A stretch of 64,000 nucleotides of DNA from Acutalibacteraceae bacterium. GTDB taxonomy: Bacteria > Bacillota > Clostridia > Oscillospirales > Acutalibacteraceae. Shown here one piece after another: positions 30,793-40,617 of this stretch. Below the pieces are notes generated by a model. It was not told where the DNA came from and did not search any database. It was given only the letters and a program-made list of their open reading frames with translations. The stretch lies in contig JAZRKE010000010.1 in assembly GCA_045646145.1 (NCBI GenBank), positions 18,847 to 82,846 of the forward strand, read 5' to 3'. Position numbers and translations under genes: made by a program. Position 1 is the first letter of the stretch; the number at the start of each line of letters is the position of its first letter.

Positions 30793-32565
30793 TTAGATAT
30801 TTGTTACTCTGTCCTTAATTTCGGTTTGAAGCATTGCTACGAGCTCGGGAACGGTCATAGAAACAGTTTCGTCGGTGTCGCGGTTGCGGACAGATACTAT
30901 ACCGTTTTCAATTTCCTTGGCGCCTATAATAATCATATAGGGCACTCTAACCTCCTGACGAGCCTCACGAATCTTATAACCAATCTTCTCGTTGCGGTCA
31001 TCAAGCTCAACTCTGACACCTGCCGCTTTGAGTTCCTCATAAACGCTGTTTGCAAATGCGTGGTCGGTACCGGGCAGGGTCATAACACGTGCCTGAACGG
31101 GAGCGAGCCAGGTCGGGAACTTACCTGCAAAATGCTCGGTAAGAATTCCGATAAAGCGCTCGATTGAGCCGAAGCATACACGGTGAATCATAATCGGCTG
31201 CTGTTTCTGACCGTTTTCATCGGTATACTCAAGGCCGAAGTTAATGGGCATCTGGAAGTCGAGCTGAATAGTACCACACTGCCAGGTTCTTCCAAGGCTG
31301 TCTTCCAAATGAAAGTCAATCTTCGGTCCGTAGAATGCGCCGTCACCCTCATTAATAATATAAGGAAGACCTAATTTTTCAAGCGCACTGCGAAGTCCCT
31401 CGGTTGCTGCCTCCCAGTCGGCATCACTACCCATACTATCTTCAGGTCTGGTGGAAAGTTCAACAAAATACTTAAAGCCAAATTTTGAATAAACTTCGTT
31501 AATAAGATTTACAACGCCTACAATTTCATCTGTAATCTGGTCTCTTCTCATAAAGATATGAGCATCGTCCTGAGTAAAGCAACGAACTCTGAAAAGACCA
31601 TGCAATGCACCCTTTAACTCGTGGCGGTGAACGGTACCGAGCTCTCCTGCACGAATGGGTAACTCTCTGTAAGAGTGGGGCTCACTCGCATAAACCATAA
31701 CGCCACCCGGGCAGTTCATCGGCTTAATGCAGTAGGTATCGTCGTCTATCTGTGTAGAATACATATTATCTTTGTAGTGGTCCCAATGTCCGCTTGTTTC
31801 CCAAAGCTTGCGGTTCATAATCATAGGTGTTGAAATTTCAACATAGTCAGCTCTGCGGTGGATTTCACGCCAGTAATTAACAAGCTCATTCTTAAGAACC
31901 ATTCCACGAGGCAGGAAGAACGGGAAACCGGGGCCCTCATCTGAAAGCATAAAGAGCTTCATTTCTTTGCCTATCTTGCGGTGGTCACGGCGCTCAGCCT
32001 CTTCTAAAAGCTTCAAATAATCGTCAAGCTCGGCTTGAGTGCGGAAAGCGATACCGTTAATTCTCGTGAGCATCTTATTGTCCTTATCGTTTTTCCAATA
32101 AGCGCCCGACTGCTGTGTAATCTTAAATGCCTTTAAAGCCTTGGTGTAGCAGATATGAGGACCGGTACACATATCAACGTAGTCGCCCTGAGTAAAGAAG
32201 CTTATCTCAGCATCAGGGTCTAAGTCTCCGATATGCTCAACCTTGTATTTAGCGCCTCTCTCTTCCATAAACTTAATGGCTTCTGCACGGGGTAGAATAC
32301 TCGGCTTAATCGGAATATTCTCCTTAACTATCTTGCGCATTTCATTCTCGATTTTTACTAAATCCTCATCGGTAAGCTTGCGCTCTCCCAAATCAACGTC
32401 ATAATAAAAGCCCTTTTCGGTAGCAGGACCGTAGCCGAAATCGGCTTCGGGATAAAGGCGCTTGATAGCCTGAGCCATAATGTGCGCGGCAGAATGGCGA
32501 AGTACCTCGAGTTCTAACTCCTCGGGGCACTCACATACAGTACCGTCCTTGTAAATAATTTTCAT
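30793..32565 (-). CDS. thrS: threonine--tRNA ligase (short form lacking a full N-terminal TGS domain)
   Basis: 590 aa. The LRHSAAHIMAQAIKRLYP editing-domain motif begins at about residue 31; class II core and anticodon-binding domain are present. Confidence 0.95.
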   Translation of the reverse strand: MKIIYKDGTVCECPEELELEVLRHSAAHIMAQAIKRLYPEADFGYGPATEKGFYYDVDLGERKLTDEDLVKIENEMRKIVKENIPIKPSILPRAEAIKFMEERGAKYKVEHIGDLDPDAEISFFTQGDYVDMCTGPHICYTKALKAFKITQQSGAYWKNDKDNKMLTRINGIAFRTQAELDDYLKLLEEAERRDHRKIGKEMKLFMLSDEGPGFPFFLPRGMVLKNELVNYWREIHRRADYVEISTPMIMNRKLWETSGHWDHYKDNMYSTQIDDDTYCIKPMNCPGGVMVYASEPHSYRELPIRAGELGTVHRHELKGALHGLFRVRCFTQDDAHIFMRRDQITDEIVGVVNLINEVYSKFGFKYFVELSTRPEDSMGSDADWEAATEGLRSALEKLGLPYIINEGDGAFYGPKIDFHLEDSLGRTWQCGTIQLDFQMPINFGLEYTDENGQKQQPIMIHRVCFGSIERFIGILTEHFAGKFPTWLAPVQARVMTLPGTDHAFANSVYEELKAAGVRVELDDRNEKIGYKIREARQEVRVPYMIIIGAKEIENGIVSVRNRDTDETVSMTVPELVAMLQTEIKDRVTNI

Positions 32566-32843
32566 AATCTTCCTCCAAATAAAAAACGTCCCTTGTTAAA
32601 ACAAGGGACGAAATAATTTCCGTGGTTCCACCCAAATTATACATTATATATAATAATGTATCACTTTTGTACCTTTAACGCAGGTTTTACGTTTCGGTTC
32701 ACCGAACACTCAGGGGTGGTATTCATTTTATCCAACTTTAGCGACTCACACCAAATGCCGCACTCTCTGAAAAGCAAAATAAAACTACTCTTCCCATCAA
32801 CGCTTTTACAATATAATTATAGCATTAGGTTGCGAAAAGTCAA
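32566..32843 (-). promoter_or_regulatory. T-box riboswitch leader (Thr, ACC specifier) with promoter
   Basis: On the minus strand: TTGACT (32838-32843) and TATAAT (32816-32821). AGAGAG box present. Specifier loop GAAU-ACC-A, with the ACC codon at 32718-32720. T-box sequence UGGGUGGAACCACG at 32621-32634. Terminator cgtcccttgt-ttta-acaagggacg + U6 at 32581-32610. Confidence 0.9.
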
Positions 32844-32849
32844 TAGTTT

Positions 32850-33068
32850 TTATTTCTTTCTTGGATACGGCTTTTCTTCATCGGTAAGCCCTGCTAAATA
32901 GTCCATACTTGTCCCCAAGGCTACCGCTACCTTGCGGCATTGTTCAAAGGTTAAATATCTTTTTCCACTCTCGATTTTTGAATAATCGCTTTGGTCAATA
33001 CCTGTGAGTATTTGCATCTTAATTTGAGTATATCCTTTTTTCTTTCTAAGCTCTCTTAATCTGCTCAT
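32850..33068 (-). CDS. XRE family helix-turn-helix transcriptional regulator
   Basis: 72 aa, MSRLRELRKKKGYTQIKMQILTGIDQSDYSKIESGKRYLTFEQCRKVAVALGTSMDYL. Confidence 0.8.
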   Translation of the reverse strand: MSRLRELRKKKGYTQIKMQILTGIDQSDYSKIESGKRYLTFEQCRKVAVALGTSMDYLAGLTDEEKPYPRKK

Positions 33069-33156
33069 AATTCATCACCCAAGATTATTATGGCAAATTG
33101 CCCTATTGAAATTAGGGTTAAATTGACCTATAATTAGTTTGATGGGAGGTGAAACT

Positions 33157-33384
33157 ATGGCGAAATTCTGCAAAGAGTGCTATAAAAAGATTTTTGGAAA
33201 TATAAAAGAAAATGAAAGAATCGCTCTTTCATTTGATAAAGACCTTTGTGAAAGGTGTGGAGAATATAAAAGAACGGTGTTAGGTATTGTTCACGAATCC
33301 TTTATTGCAGAAATTATTATCTTCCCTTTCAAATTATTATATAAACTAATTAAATTAATAATAAGGATTTTTTCAAAGAAATAA
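33157..33384 (+). CDS. hypothetical small zinc-ribbon protein with C-terminal hydrophobic helix
   Basis: MAKFCKECYKK...CERCGEY followed by IIIFPFKLLYKLIKLII. GGGAGGTG RBS before ATG 33157. Confidence 0.55.
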   Translation: MAKFCKECYKKIFGNIKENERIALSFDKDLCERCGEYKRTVLGIVHESFIAEIIIFPFKLLYKLIKLIIRIFSKK

Positions 33385-33421
33385 ACCCTGTTCCCATTTC
33401 CCTCAAATCCTTTCCCTGAAT

Positions 33422-33458
33422 AAAAAAATCCCGGTGCCGGAGCCTCGGGATTTTTTTA
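33422..33458. terminator. bidirectional terminator between convergent genes
   Basis: A7-atcccgg...ctcgggat-T7. Confidence 0.7.
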
Positions 33459-33463
33459 TTTAG

Positions 33464-36400
33464 TTATTCCTTGCCGTAAAGCTCAGCTAATTTCTCAAGA
33501 TGTGCTCTTGCATTCTTGGATTCAGCCGCAGCCTTATCAAAGAGCTGTTCAGCACGCTCGGGGAATGAACGTGTAAGGGAAGCGTAACGAGCCTCACCTA
33601 AGATGAACTCCTTATAGTCTGCAACTGCAGGCTTGCAGTCGATAGACATCGGGTTTTTACCCTCTGCTTTAAGAGCCGGGTTGAAGCGGAAGATGTTCCA
33701 GTAACCACAGTCAACAGCCTTCTTCATTTCAGACTGGCAGTTAACCATACCGCCCTTGATAGAGTGCATCTCACAAGGTGAATAGCAGATTACGAGTGAC
33801 GGACCCGGATAAGCCTCAGCCTCTTTAATAGCCTTTAAGGTCTGGTTCTGGTCAGCACCCATAGCAACCTGTGCTACGTATACGTAACCGTAGGACATAG
33901 CGATTTCAGCGAGAGACTTCTTAGCGATAGCCTTACCTGCTGCTGCGAACTGAGCAACCTGACCAATCTGTGAAGCCTTTGAAGCCTGACCGCCCGTGTT
34001 AGAGTAAACCTCGGTATCAAATACCATTACGTTTACATCGTTACCGCTGGCAAGTACATGGTCAAGGCCGCCGAAGCCGATATCGTAAGCCCAACCGTCG
34101 CCACCGAAGATCCAAACCGACTTCTTGGAGAGGTATTCCTTCTTCTCGAGTACTGCGGGTGCTACAGGACAACCTGCATCTGCAGCCTTTTCGAGTTCGG
34201 CTACGAGAGCCTTTGTAGCGGCGGTATTCTTGTCGCCGTCATTAGCGGTTGCAAGGTACTCGTCAGCTGCAGCCTTGAATTCAGCCGATGCTTTATCGGA
34301 AGCAGCCATTTCTTTTACCTGAGCGATAAGCTGGTCACGAAGAGCCTTCTGACCGAGGTACATACCGAGACCGTGCTCAGCATTATCTTCAAACAGTGAG
34401 TTAGCCCAAGCGGGACCATGACCCTCAGCGTTTACAGTGTAGGGTGATGTTGCAGCAGGGCCGCCCCAGATAGACGAACAACCTGTAGCGTTAGAGATAT
34501 ACATTCTGTCGCCGAATAACTGAGTAACAAGACGAGCATAAGCGGTTTCAGCACAGCCTGCGCAGGAGCCTGAGAACTCAAGAAGCGGCTTCTTGTACTG
34601 AGAAGAGATAAGGTTAGCGTTTGTAGCAACCTCAGCCTTTTCGGTAACAGCGCTTACGCAGTAATCAAATGCTGCCTGCTGAGCATCCTGAGATTCACGG
34701 GATACCATCTTAAGACTCTTTGTCGGGCAAACGCCAATACATACGCCACAGCCCATACAGTCCATAGGAGATACTGCAAGTGTATACTTGTAATCAGTTT
34801 TAATAATCGGCTTCTCAGCAACCTTTAATGATTCGGGAGCATTAGCTACCTCCTCAGCTGTGAGAGCGAACGGACGAATTGTAGCGTGGGGGCAAACAAA
34901 TGCGCACTTGTTACACTTAGCGCAAGTGTCAGCATTCCACTCGGGAACGAGAACTGCAACGGCACGCTTTTCATAGGCAGATGCGCCCTGTTCAAATGTA
35001 CCGTCAGCGTGGTCGATAAATGCAGATACGGGCAGTGAATCACCATCCATAAGTGCAACAGGCTTCATAATGCCGTCAACCATCTTAACAAGCTTTGCAG
35101 GACCGTCTTCCTTCATAGCCTTTTCGTTATCAACTGCATTTGCCCAGTCAGCCGGAACATCAATCTTAGTGAAAGCAGTAGCACCGGCATCGATAGCCTT
35201 GTGGTTCATATCAACAATGTCCTGACCTTTCTTGAGGTAAGACTTTGTTGCGGCTTCCTTCATATACTGAATAGCCTCAGCCTCAGGCATAACCTTTGCA
35301 AGTGCAAAGAATGCAGACTGTAAAATTGTGTTGGTACGCTTGCCCATACCTATCTGAGCAGCTAAATCGATAGCATTAACGGTATAGAGCTGAATGTTGT
35401 TCTTAGCGATATACTGCTTAGCTTCAGCCGGCATATGAGCGTTTAATTCTTCAGCAGACCACTGGCAGTTAATTAAGAATACACCGCCGGGCTTAACATC
35501 GTTAACCATCTTATATCCCTTGATTACATAGGACGGGTTATGGCAGGCAACGAAGTCAGCCTTATTAATGTAGTACGGGCTCTTAATGGGCTTATCGCCG
35601 AAACGCAGGTGAGATACGGTGATGCCGCCTGTCTTCTTAGAGTCATACTGGAAGTATGCCTGAACATATTTGTCGGTATGGTCGCCGATAATCTTAATGG
35701 AGTTTTTATTTGCGCCAACTGTACCGTCGCCGCCGAGACCCCAGAACTTACATTCGATGGTGCCTTCTGCTGCGGTGTTGGGAGCGGGCTTCTCTTCGAG
35801 AGAAAGATTTGTAACATCGTCTACGATGCCCATTGTGAACTGAGCCTTCGGAGCGTCCTTAGCGAGTTCTTCGTATACTGCGAAGATAGAGCTCGGAGGA
35901 GTATCCTTAGAGCCGAGACCGTAACGACCGCCGATAACGGTGTCAATCTTTCTGCCTTGACTCGCCAAAGCAGCAACTACATCTAAGTAAAGCGGCTCGC
36001 CGAGAGCACCGGGCTCCTTAGTACGGTCGAGGACAGCAATTTTCTTAACTGTTTCAGGAATAGCGGCTACGAAATGCTTAGCAGAGAACGGACGGTAAAG
36101 GCGAACCTTTAATAAACCTACCTTCTCGCCTGCAGCTACCATATAATCAATAACCTCTTCTGCAACGTCGCAAACAGAACCCATTGCTATAATAATTCTC
36201 TCAGCATCGGGTGCACCGTAGTAGTTGAAGAGCTTATAATCGGTACCGATTTTAGCATTAACCTTGTCCATATACTCTTCAACAATAGCGGGAACTGCAT
36301 CATAATACTTGTTGCAGGCCTCTCTGTGCTGGAAGAAGATATCGCCGTTCTCGTGTGAACCGCGCATTACAGGATGCTCGGGGTTGAGGGCACGCTTGCG

Positions 36401-37009
36401 GAATGCAGCCACAGCGTCCATATCGCACATCTCTTTAAGGTCATCAAAATCCCAAACCTGAATTTTCTGGATTTCGTGAGAGGTGCGGAAACCGTCAAAA
36501 AAGTTTAAGAAGGGAACACGGCTCTTGATAGATGCTAAGTGAGCAACTGCGCCGAGGTCCATAACCTCCTGAGTATTAGTTTCTGCGAGCATTGCAAAAC
36601 CTGTCTGACGACAAGCATAAACGTCAGAATGGTCGCCGAAAATGTTAAGAGCGTGCGAAGCTACGCAACGAGCGGATACATGGAACACGCAGGGCAGTAA
36701 CTCACCGGCGATTTTGTACATATTCGGAATCATAAGTAAAAGGCCCTGAGAAGCGGTATAGGTGGTGGTAAGTGCACCGGCTGCTAGTGAGCCGTGTACA
36801 GTACCCGAAGCACCAGCCTCAGACTGCATTTCTACTACATTAACTGTTGTGCCGAAAATATTTTTGAGTCCCTGTGCAGACCACTGGTCTACATAGTCGG
36901 CCATCGGGCTTGACGGAGTAATAGGATAAATACCGGCTACTTCTGTGAACGCATAGGACACATGAGCTGCGGCATTATTACCGTCCATGGTTTTAAACTT
37001 TCTTGCCAT
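33464..37009 (-). CDS. nifJ: pyruvate:ferredoxin (flavodoxin) oxidoreductase
   Basis: About 1181 aa from MARKFKTMDGNNAAAH. Two CxxCxxCxxxCP ferredoxin motifs (CAKCNKCAFVCP, CMGCGVCIGVCP) and a TPP domain (GGDGWAYDIG). AAGGAGG RBS before ATG 37009. Confidence 0.96.
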   Translation of the reverse strand: MARKFKTMDGNNAAAHVSYAFTEVAGIYPITPSSPMADYVDQWSAQGLKNIFGTTVNVVEMQSEAGASGTVHGSLAAGALTTTYTASQGLLLMIPNMYKIAGELLPCVFHVSARCVASHALNIFGDHSDVYACRQTGFAMLAETNTQEVMDLGAVAHLASIKSRVPFLNFFDGFRTSHEIQKIQVWDFDDLKEMCDMDAVAAFRKRALNPEHPVMRGSHENGDIFFQHREACNKYYDAVPAIVEEYMDKVNAKIGTDYKLFNYYGAPDAERIIIAMGSVCDVAEEVIDYMVAAGEKVGLLKVRLYRPFSAKHFVAAIPETVKKIAVLDRTKEPGALGEPLYLDVVAALASQGRKIDTVIGGRYGLGSKDTPPSSIFAVYEELAKDAPKAQFTMGIVDDVTNLSLEEKPAPNTAAEGTIECKFWGLGGDGTVGANKNSIKIIGDHTDKYVQAYFQYDSKKTGGITVSHLRFGDKPIKSPYYINKADFVACHNPSYVIKGYKMVNDVKPGGVFLINCQWSAEELNAHMPAEAKQYIAKNNIQLYTVNAIDLAAQIGMGKRTNTILQSAFFALAKVMPEAEAIQYMKEAATKSYLKKGQDIVDMNHKAIDAGATAFTKIDVPADWANAVDNEKAMKEDGPAKLVKMVDGIMKPVALMDGDSLPVSAFIDHADGTFEQGASAYEKRAVAVLVPEWNADTCAKCNKCAFVCPHATIRPFALTAEEVANAPESLKVAEKPIIKTDYKYTLAVSPMDCMGCGVCIGVCPTKSLKMVSRESQDAQQAAFDYCVSAVTEKAEVATNANLISSQYKKPLLEFSGSCAGCAETAYARLVTQLFGDRMYISNATGCSSIWGGPAATSPYTVNAEGHGPAWANSLFEDNAEHGLGMYLGQKALRDQLIAQVKEMAASDKASAEFKAAADEYLATANDGDKNTAATKALVAELEKAADAGCPVAPAVLEKKEYLSKKSVWIFGGDGWAYDIGFGGLDHVLASGNDVNVMVFDTEVYSNTGGQASKASQIGQVAQFAAAGKAIAKKSLAEIAMSYGYVYVAQVAMGADQNQTLKAIKEAEAYPGPSLVICYSPCEMHSIKGGMVNCQSEMKKAVDCGYWNIFRFNPALKAEGKNPMSIDCKPAVADYKEFILGEARYASLTRSFPERAEQLFDKAAAESKNARAHLEKLAELYGKE

Positions 37010-37108
37010 TTGGGAATTCCTCCTTAAATTAATTGGAAAATGCTTTCCATACATAATATATAATACTACTTTTTTGCCGATAAGTAAATAGCAAAATTAT
37101 TATTTTTA

Positions 37109-37666
37109 CTAAAATTTGCAACAATTTGTTAAATTTTTACCAATTACGCAGTTAAGATATCCCGATATTTGCTCAGGTGTTTCGCGAAAATCCTTGTCGG
37201 CCCACCAAAGCACCGTCTGGGTAAAGACCGCACAGATGTAATTCACGAGAAAATCCTCCGGTATTCCGAGCTCGCTTATTACCTGTGAATCGGTTATATC
37301 TAAAATCATACCCTTAAGGCTCTGCTTGAAAAAACTTAAAAATAGCTCACTGTTTTTACCCGAAAACAGCCTTAAAATATTATCATCATTATTTTTAATG
37401 TGCCTTAGCAAATGAAGATAAAAGGAACAATCCATATCGCACTTGTAGTGGGTATCTGCCCTGCCTAAAATATGACCGAAAAGCTCCTCGCACATCTCCT
37501 TTAAAAGATAATCCTTGGTTTCAAAGTGGGCATAAAAGGTCGCTCTGCCAACGTCAGCGGCATCAATTATTTCCTGAACGGTTACCTGTGAAAAATCTTT
37601 TTTACCGAGCAGCTCGGTAAATGCCGAATAAATTGCCGCTTTTGTTTTTCTCTGCCGTCTGTCCAT
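37109..37666 (-). CDS. TetR/AcrR family transcriptional regulator
   Basis: MDRRQRKTKAAIYSAFTELLGKKDFSQVTVQEIIDAADVGRATFYAHF HTH signature. GGGAGGGAG RBS. Confidence 0.88.
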   Translation of the reverse strand: MDRRQRKTKAAIYSAFTELLGKKDFSQVTVQEIIDAADVGRATFYAHFETKDYLLKEMCEELFGHILGRADTHYKCDMDCSFYLHLLRHIKNNDDNILRLFSGKNSELFLSFFKQSLKGMILDITDSQVISELGIPEDFLVNYICAVFTQTVLWWADKDFRETPEQISGYLNCVIGKNLTNCCKF

Positions 37667-37821
37667 ACTCCCTCCCCGAACAAAAAAGAGATTTTGTTCC
37701 ATAAATAATATTTACAGAATTTTGTTTGTTGTTATATTAGTTTCGCCCGAATATAATAAACAATATGTTCAGTAACGAATGTATTATACAATAAAATTTA
37801 CGGTTTTGCAAGGAGACTCTT

Positions 37822-38712
37822 ATGAAAAATGATAAAAAAATACTAGTAGCGTTTCTACTTAATCTCTTCTTTTCGGTTTTTGAGTTTTTTGGCGGTATAA
37901 TAACGGGAAGCGTAGCAATCCTTTCCGATGCCCTTCACGACCTGGGCGACAGTATAAGTATAGGCGCCTCTTATTTTTTAGAGAAAATAAGCCATAAAAA
38001 GCCCGACGAAAAATACACCTACGGTTATTACCGCTATTCTCTGCTCGGCTCAGGCTTCACCACATTTATACTGCTTTCGGGCTCGGTAATAGTATTTTAT
38101 AATGCGGTGCTTAAAATTCTTAACCCCACACCCCTCAATTATAACGGAATGATTATTTTTGCCGTAATCGGCTTTATAGTGAATACCGCCGCCGCACTGC
38201 TCACAAAGAGCGAAAACTCACTTAATACAAAAGCTGTTAACCTACATATGCTTGAGGATTCTCTCGGCTGGGCGGTAGTGCTCATAGGTGCGGTTATAAT
38301 GCGGTTTACTAATCTTTGGATTTTAGACCCCTCCTTATCTATCGCACTCTCAGTATTTATATTTGTAAACGCGGCTAAAAATTTAAAAGAAATATTATGT
38401 ATTTTTCTCGAAAAGGTGCCTCACGGCATCGATACCGACGAGCTTTTAGGTCATCTGAATGAAATTGAGGGGGTTGAAAATGTCCACCATCTACATCTGC
38501 GCAGCCTTGACGGATACGCCCACGAAGCAACACTTCACATTGTAACAAATGGCAATGCGGCAGAAATTAAAAGGGCGGTAAAAAATGAACTCGCCGAGCA
38601 CGGCTTTGCCCACTCGGTAATCGAAACCGAAACTGCAGACGAAAGGTGTGAGGACACCGTCTGCCATATAGATAAAGCAAAGCCCCGCCACTGCCACCAT
38701 CACCATCATTAA
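37822..38712 (+). CDS. cation diffusion facilitator family transporter (CzcD/ZitB-like) with His-rich C-terminus
   Basis: Six TM helices, with HD/DxxxD-type motifs (LSDALHDLGDS; HMLEDSLGW). Tail PRHCHHHHH. Confidence 0.88.
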   Translation: MKNDKKILVAFLLNLFFSVFEFFGGIITGSVAILSDALHDLGDSISIGASYFLEKISHKKPDEKYTYGYYRYSLLGSGFTTFILLSGSVIVFYNAVLKILNPTPLNYNGMIIFAVIGFIVNTAAALLTKSENSLNTKAVNLHMLEDSLGWAVVLIGAVIMRFTNLWILDPSLSIALSVFIFVNAAKNLKEILCIFLEKVPHGIDTDELLGHLNEIEGVENVHHLHLRSLDGYAHEATLHIVTNGNAAEIKRAVKNELAEHGFAHSVIETETADERCEDTVCHIDKAKPRHCHHHHH

Positions 38713-38770
38713 AAAAGTAGCCAATGCTGACACCCTCTTTAAAAAGAGTGTCGCATTGGCTACTTTTTTA
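38711..38770. terminator. long bidirectional terminator hairpin
   Basis: A5-agtagccaatgc.gacac.ctctt-taaaa-agag.gtc.gcattggctact-T6. Confidence 0.75.
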
Positions 38771-39136
38771 AAATATACTGTGCAGATTAATACCCGAATC
38801 CTTTTTAATATACTCAAGTTTAAGCTTTATTGAGGCACATTCACTTAAATAGTCAGCCCTCGATACACCTGCGAGTGTTTCAAGTCTTGCTACCGATTCG
38901 GAAATTTCATCAAGAGTGTCGTGATTAACATAGACAGAGAGTAGTCCCTCTTTTGTTTCGAATTCCTTTTTGAGCTTTCCGGCTATCTCTTTATTATCTT
39001 TTGAATCTACCGCATTTTCACATTCAATTATATACTCATTTAAACTGTTATATGAATGGTTTATGACAATTCTGTCGGATATACAAAGTCCCGTCAGTAA
39101 AAGAATGAGAATTACCGCCGCTATAATTCGGCTCAT
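38768..39136 (-). CDS. DUF4363 family protein
   Basis: 122 aa, N-terminal TM helix. Typical partner downstream of DUF421 genes, with a 4-nt overlap here. Confidence 0.65.
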   Translation of the reverse strand: MSRIIAAVILILLLTGLCISDRIVINHSYNSLNEYIIECENAVDSKDNKEIAGKLKKEFETKEGLLSVYVNHDTLDEISESVARLETLAGVSRADYLSECASIKLKLEYIKKDSGINLHSIF

Positions 39137-39810
39137 ACCTTCTCCCCCTTTTTAATGATGTTTTGGTTTCCATCGCGGTCAAGCGTCATTAAAAAGACTT
39201 CATTCACAGAGTATTTTTTCTTTTTTAGTTTATTTATTATATCCTGTCGGTCGATTTTTAGCGCCGTGAGACTTTCATCAATTATCTTGCCATCGGTAAT
39301 AACCGGCAGATGCATAGCGCTTTTTTGTGGGTTTATCTCGGCAACCTTGGGCGTCAAGGGTTGTTCCTCAGGTCTTAGCATTACACTGAGTGAGCCGTTA
39401 ACCTCCAAAACCGCATAATCTACAGTACCTAAATCAAAAACATCCTTATCTCTGAGTAGTTCAACGAGGTCTATAACCGTCATACGAACCTTGCGCATCG
39501 CCTTCTCATCTACAACCCCGTTTTTAATTATAACTATGCTTTTACCGTTCATCAGTCGGCGGAATCGTATGAATTTAAGGCATAGCACCGAAATTATAAT
39601 TTCAATTATAACAAGTGTAAAAATTGCCACTACACCGTTAAGCAGCGGCTGGGTTGTATCCTGAAGGGGTATTGCCGCAATTTCGGATATAAGCAAAGTA
39701 ACCACAAGCTCGTTGGGCTGCATATCACCTATCTGGCGTTTGCCCATTAAACGAATACCTATGGTTACAAAAACATACATTATTGCTGTGCGGACTAATG
39801 TTACTGTCAT
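39133..39810 (-). CDS. DUF421 (YetF-like) membrane protein
   Basis: MTVTLVRTAIMYVFVTIGIRLMGKRQIGDMQPNELVVTLLISEIAA matches the YetF N-terminal pattern. Confidence 0.8.
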   Translation of the reverse strand: MTVTLVRTAIMYVFVTIGIRLMGKRQIGDMQPNELVVTLLISEIAAIPLQDTTQPLLNGVVAIFTLVIIEIIISVLCLKFIRFRRLMNGKSIVIIKNGVVDEKAMRKVRMTVIDLVELLRDKDVFDLGTVDYAVLEVNGSLSVMLRPEEQPLTPKVAEINPQKSAMHLPVITDGKIIDESLTALKIDRQDIINKLKKKKYSVNEVFLMTLDRDGNQNIIKKGEKV

Positions 39811-39841
39811 TATTATCACCGCACATATTTTTTACCGAAAT

Positions 39842-40480
39842 TTACTTTTTATCCATTGTGTCTATTTTATACGATAATTTCATCAGGTTGTCGCCAAAAT
39901 GGATATTCTCAACCGCTATTCCGTTAAAATGTAAATTCAAATCATAGTGGCTGAAATTCAAAAAGCCCTTAACACCCAGTCTTATTAAATGCTCGGCTAT
40001 CGGGTGTACCGCCTCTTTGGGTATGCAAAGCACCGCCGCATCGGGCTTGTTTTCCTTGCAGAATTCATCCAACTGCTTGGTGCTGCGAACAGGAACGTTG
40101 CGAACAATACTACCCACAAGCGATTCCTTAGAATCAAAAAGACCTATAATATTAAAGCCCTTATCCTTAAAATTAATGTGCTGTGTTACAGCCTTACCGA
40201 GGTTACCCATACCCACAACTATGAGCTTTTTAGGTGCATTAATACCCAATATATTTCCGATTTCTTCCCTTAAAATATCGGTGTTATAGCCGTATCCCTG
40301 CTGACCGAAGCCGCCAAAGCAGTTAAAATCCTGCCTTATCTGACTTGCCGTCAGTCCCATACGTCGCGCAAGGTCTCCCGAGGATATGCGCTTTATTCCG
40401 GCTGCTGATAAATCGCCTAAAAATCGGTAATAACGAGGCAAACGCTTAATTACATAACTCGAAATATTTTTGTTCTGCAT
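39842..40480 (-). CDS. rex: redox-sensing transcriptional repressor Rex
   Basis: VIKRLPRYYRFL..., wHTH plus Rossmann GMGNLG. Confidence 0.92.
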   Translation of the reverse strand: MQNKNISSYVIKRLPRYYRFLGDLSAAGIKRISSGDLARRMGLTASQIRQDFNCFGGFGQQGYGYNTDILREEIGNILGINAPKKLIVVGMGNLGKAVTQHINFKDKGFNIIGLFDSKESLVGSIVRNVPVRSTKQLDEFCKENKPDAAVLCIPKEAVHPIAEHLIRLGVKGFLNFSHYDLNLHFNGIAVENIHFGDNLMKLSYKIDTMDKK

Positions 40481-40553
40481 TAGCTTTCCTCACTTTGTTA
40501 AAAATTGTTTATCTTATTATCCAATATTTTTTTAAAAAAGTCAATAAAAATAC

Positions 40554-40600
40554 TTGACAAATTAAAAATATTTGTTATAATAAAAACAGTAATCATTACT
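40554..40600 (+). promoter_or_regulatory. promoter with candidate Fur-family (PerR) operator
   Basis: TTGACA (40554-40559), 16-nt spacer, TATAAT (40576-40581), then the perfect 6-1-6 palindrome AGTAATcATTACT (40588-40600). Confidence 0.55.
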
Positions 40601-40617
40601 ACTTTTGAGGAAAGCCT

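Noticed and set aside
30724-31167. 147-aa plus-strand ORF, and the ORF at 31183-31374.
   Set aside because: They are antisense to thrS.
37010-37054. Upstream extensions of nifJ. The same issue applies to the TetR gene (37667-37702), rplB, rplO, rpsQ, mob, int and the AGCS gene.
   Set aside because: In each case an internal ATG is preceded by a strong Shine-Dalgarno sequence and gives the family-typical N-terminus. The track simply reports the longest frame, often from GTG or TTG.
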